Program-made: the position numbers and the translations under genes
Shown here: piece after piece, positions 63,177-64,000 of the stretch
Position numbering within the stretch: position 1 is the stretch's first letter
Layout: every line of letters begins with the position of its first letter
Notes under the pieces: generated by a model
Told to the model about the DNA's origin: nothing
Databases searched by the model: none
Seen by the model: only the letters and a program-made list of their open reading frames with translations
Assembly (NCBI GenBank): GCA_041676785.1
Contig: JBAYRF010000004.1
Span: 69,584 to 133,583 of the forward strand
Length of the DNA stretch: 64,000 nt
From: Acidithiobacillus sp.
GTDB lineage: Bacteria > Pseudomonadota > Gammaproteobacteria > Acidithiobacillales > Acidithiobacillaceae
Reading direction: 5' to 3'

Positions 63177-64000
63177 TTAGAAGGTCGCTTCGATACCAGC
63201 GTAAACGTTGGTTGGCAAGTTGAGTTTCAGATTCGGATTACTGCTGCTACCGGTGTAGCTCTGAATAAAGCGTCGATCAAAAAGATTGTTCAGATTGAGA
63301 CTGGCTGTAACCTTCTTGAAACCTAGAGCCTGACCTAGTGGTGCATTGTTGAAGGTGTATCGTAAGGATGCATTCGTATAAAAGCGACTACCTATAGGTA
63401 AGAATTTGCCACCTAAATTGTAGTAAGAATTACCTACCTCATGTGCCGAAATCGTTGCACGTAGTCCATGATAACGGGCGATTATACCCAGAGCTTCGGT
63501 ATGATGGGGTGCGTAAGGAAAAGGTTGATTGGAAGAAGTCAGGCGAGCATCCAAAAAGCCAATATTAGCGTAAGCACTAAAAATATCATTCAAGACCACA
63601 TTGTTTTGCCAGGAAATGCCTTGATTGATGGCTTTTCCTGCATTTGCGAGAACCGTCTGATTGAGGGAGCCCACCAGAATGGTTGTGCTCAGGATGTAAT
63701 TCTGGAAATCAACCCGAAAAGCCTGGAGATCTGAGCTCCAAGGACCGACTTCCCAATGGGTGCCAATACTATATGTACTGGCACTCTGGGGCTTTAACTG
63801 CGCATTGTATGTGCCGGTATAAAATTGATTATATCCGGGTGGATTGCTGTTTTCTGTGTAGTTGGCGTAAGCATGCCAGTTATCCATAATACGTAAATTA
63901 GCACCCACAGAAGGCAGGATTGCTGTAAAGGTGGCATTGAATTGCCCCGGTTTATTTTGAGCGAGGGCCACCGTGTTTTTGAATTCACGATTCACGTAGA
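63177..64000 (-). CDS. TonB-dependent receptor, C-terminal part (runs off the right edge)
   Basis: beta-barrel strands, LNLNNLFD, C-terminal EATF; upstream of exbBD-tonB. Confidence 0.85.
   Translation of the reverse strand, partial: YVNREFKNTVALAQNKPGQFNATFTAILPSVGANLRIMDNWHAYANYTENSNPPGYNQFYTGTYNAQLKPQSASTYSIGTHWEVGPWSSDLQAFRVDFQNYILSTTILVGSLNQTVLANAGKAINQGISWQNNVVLNDIFSAYANIGFLDARLTSSNQPFPYAPHHTEALGIIARYHGLRATISAHEVGNSYYNLGGKFLPIGSRFYTNASLRYTFNNAPLGQALGFKKVTASLNLNNLFDRRFIQSYTGSSSNPNLKLNLPTNVYAGIEATF

Overview
Chromosomal window from a chemolithoautotrophic proteobacterium. An Acidithiobacillus-like host is inferred from gene content and order only. From left to right it contains: a form II RubisCO locus (cbbR / cbbM-cbbQ-cbbO); a redox cluster (Lpd-like flavoprotein, DUF2892, Crp/Fnr, wrbA, HxlR); tRNA-Leu, rnr, ppk2, pqiABC, cinA-like and purNM; a GC-rich pbpC + alpha-2-macroglobulin pair; sod and hda; and the conserved yceD-rpmF-plsX-fabHDG-acpP-fabF-pabC-mltG-tmk-holB-pilZ block. 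A ~13.7 kb decaying accessory island lies between convergent tRNA-Ser and tRNA-Pro. It holds a type I R-M operon with several internally deleted passenger genes, umuDC, a tspO pseudogene, a YgjP peptidase, a beta-barrel protein and a phage-like RNA leader. After the island come ytxH, pgm, an LLM-SDR-diiron oxygenase cluster, a Rof-like gene, orn, an OmpR/EnvZ-like pair, and phoD with tonB-exbD-exbB and a TonB-dependent receptor. The most interesting signals are non-coding or structural: (1) a promoter, a ~50-nt hairpin RNA with a U-tract, then a HEPN Abi gene (abiF / type III toxin-antitoxin-like) hidden inside the R-M operon; (2) a P1 C4 / P4 CI-like antisense RNA module with bipartite upstream targets next to tRNA-Pro; (3) serial in-frame deletions that keep translational coupling in the R-M operon; (4) identical twin LexA-like boxes flanking umuDC; (5) an uncharacterised LLM/SDR/AurF-like oxygenase operon; (6) a macroglobulin lacking the CxEQ thioester. 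All family assignments are from motif recognition without database searches.
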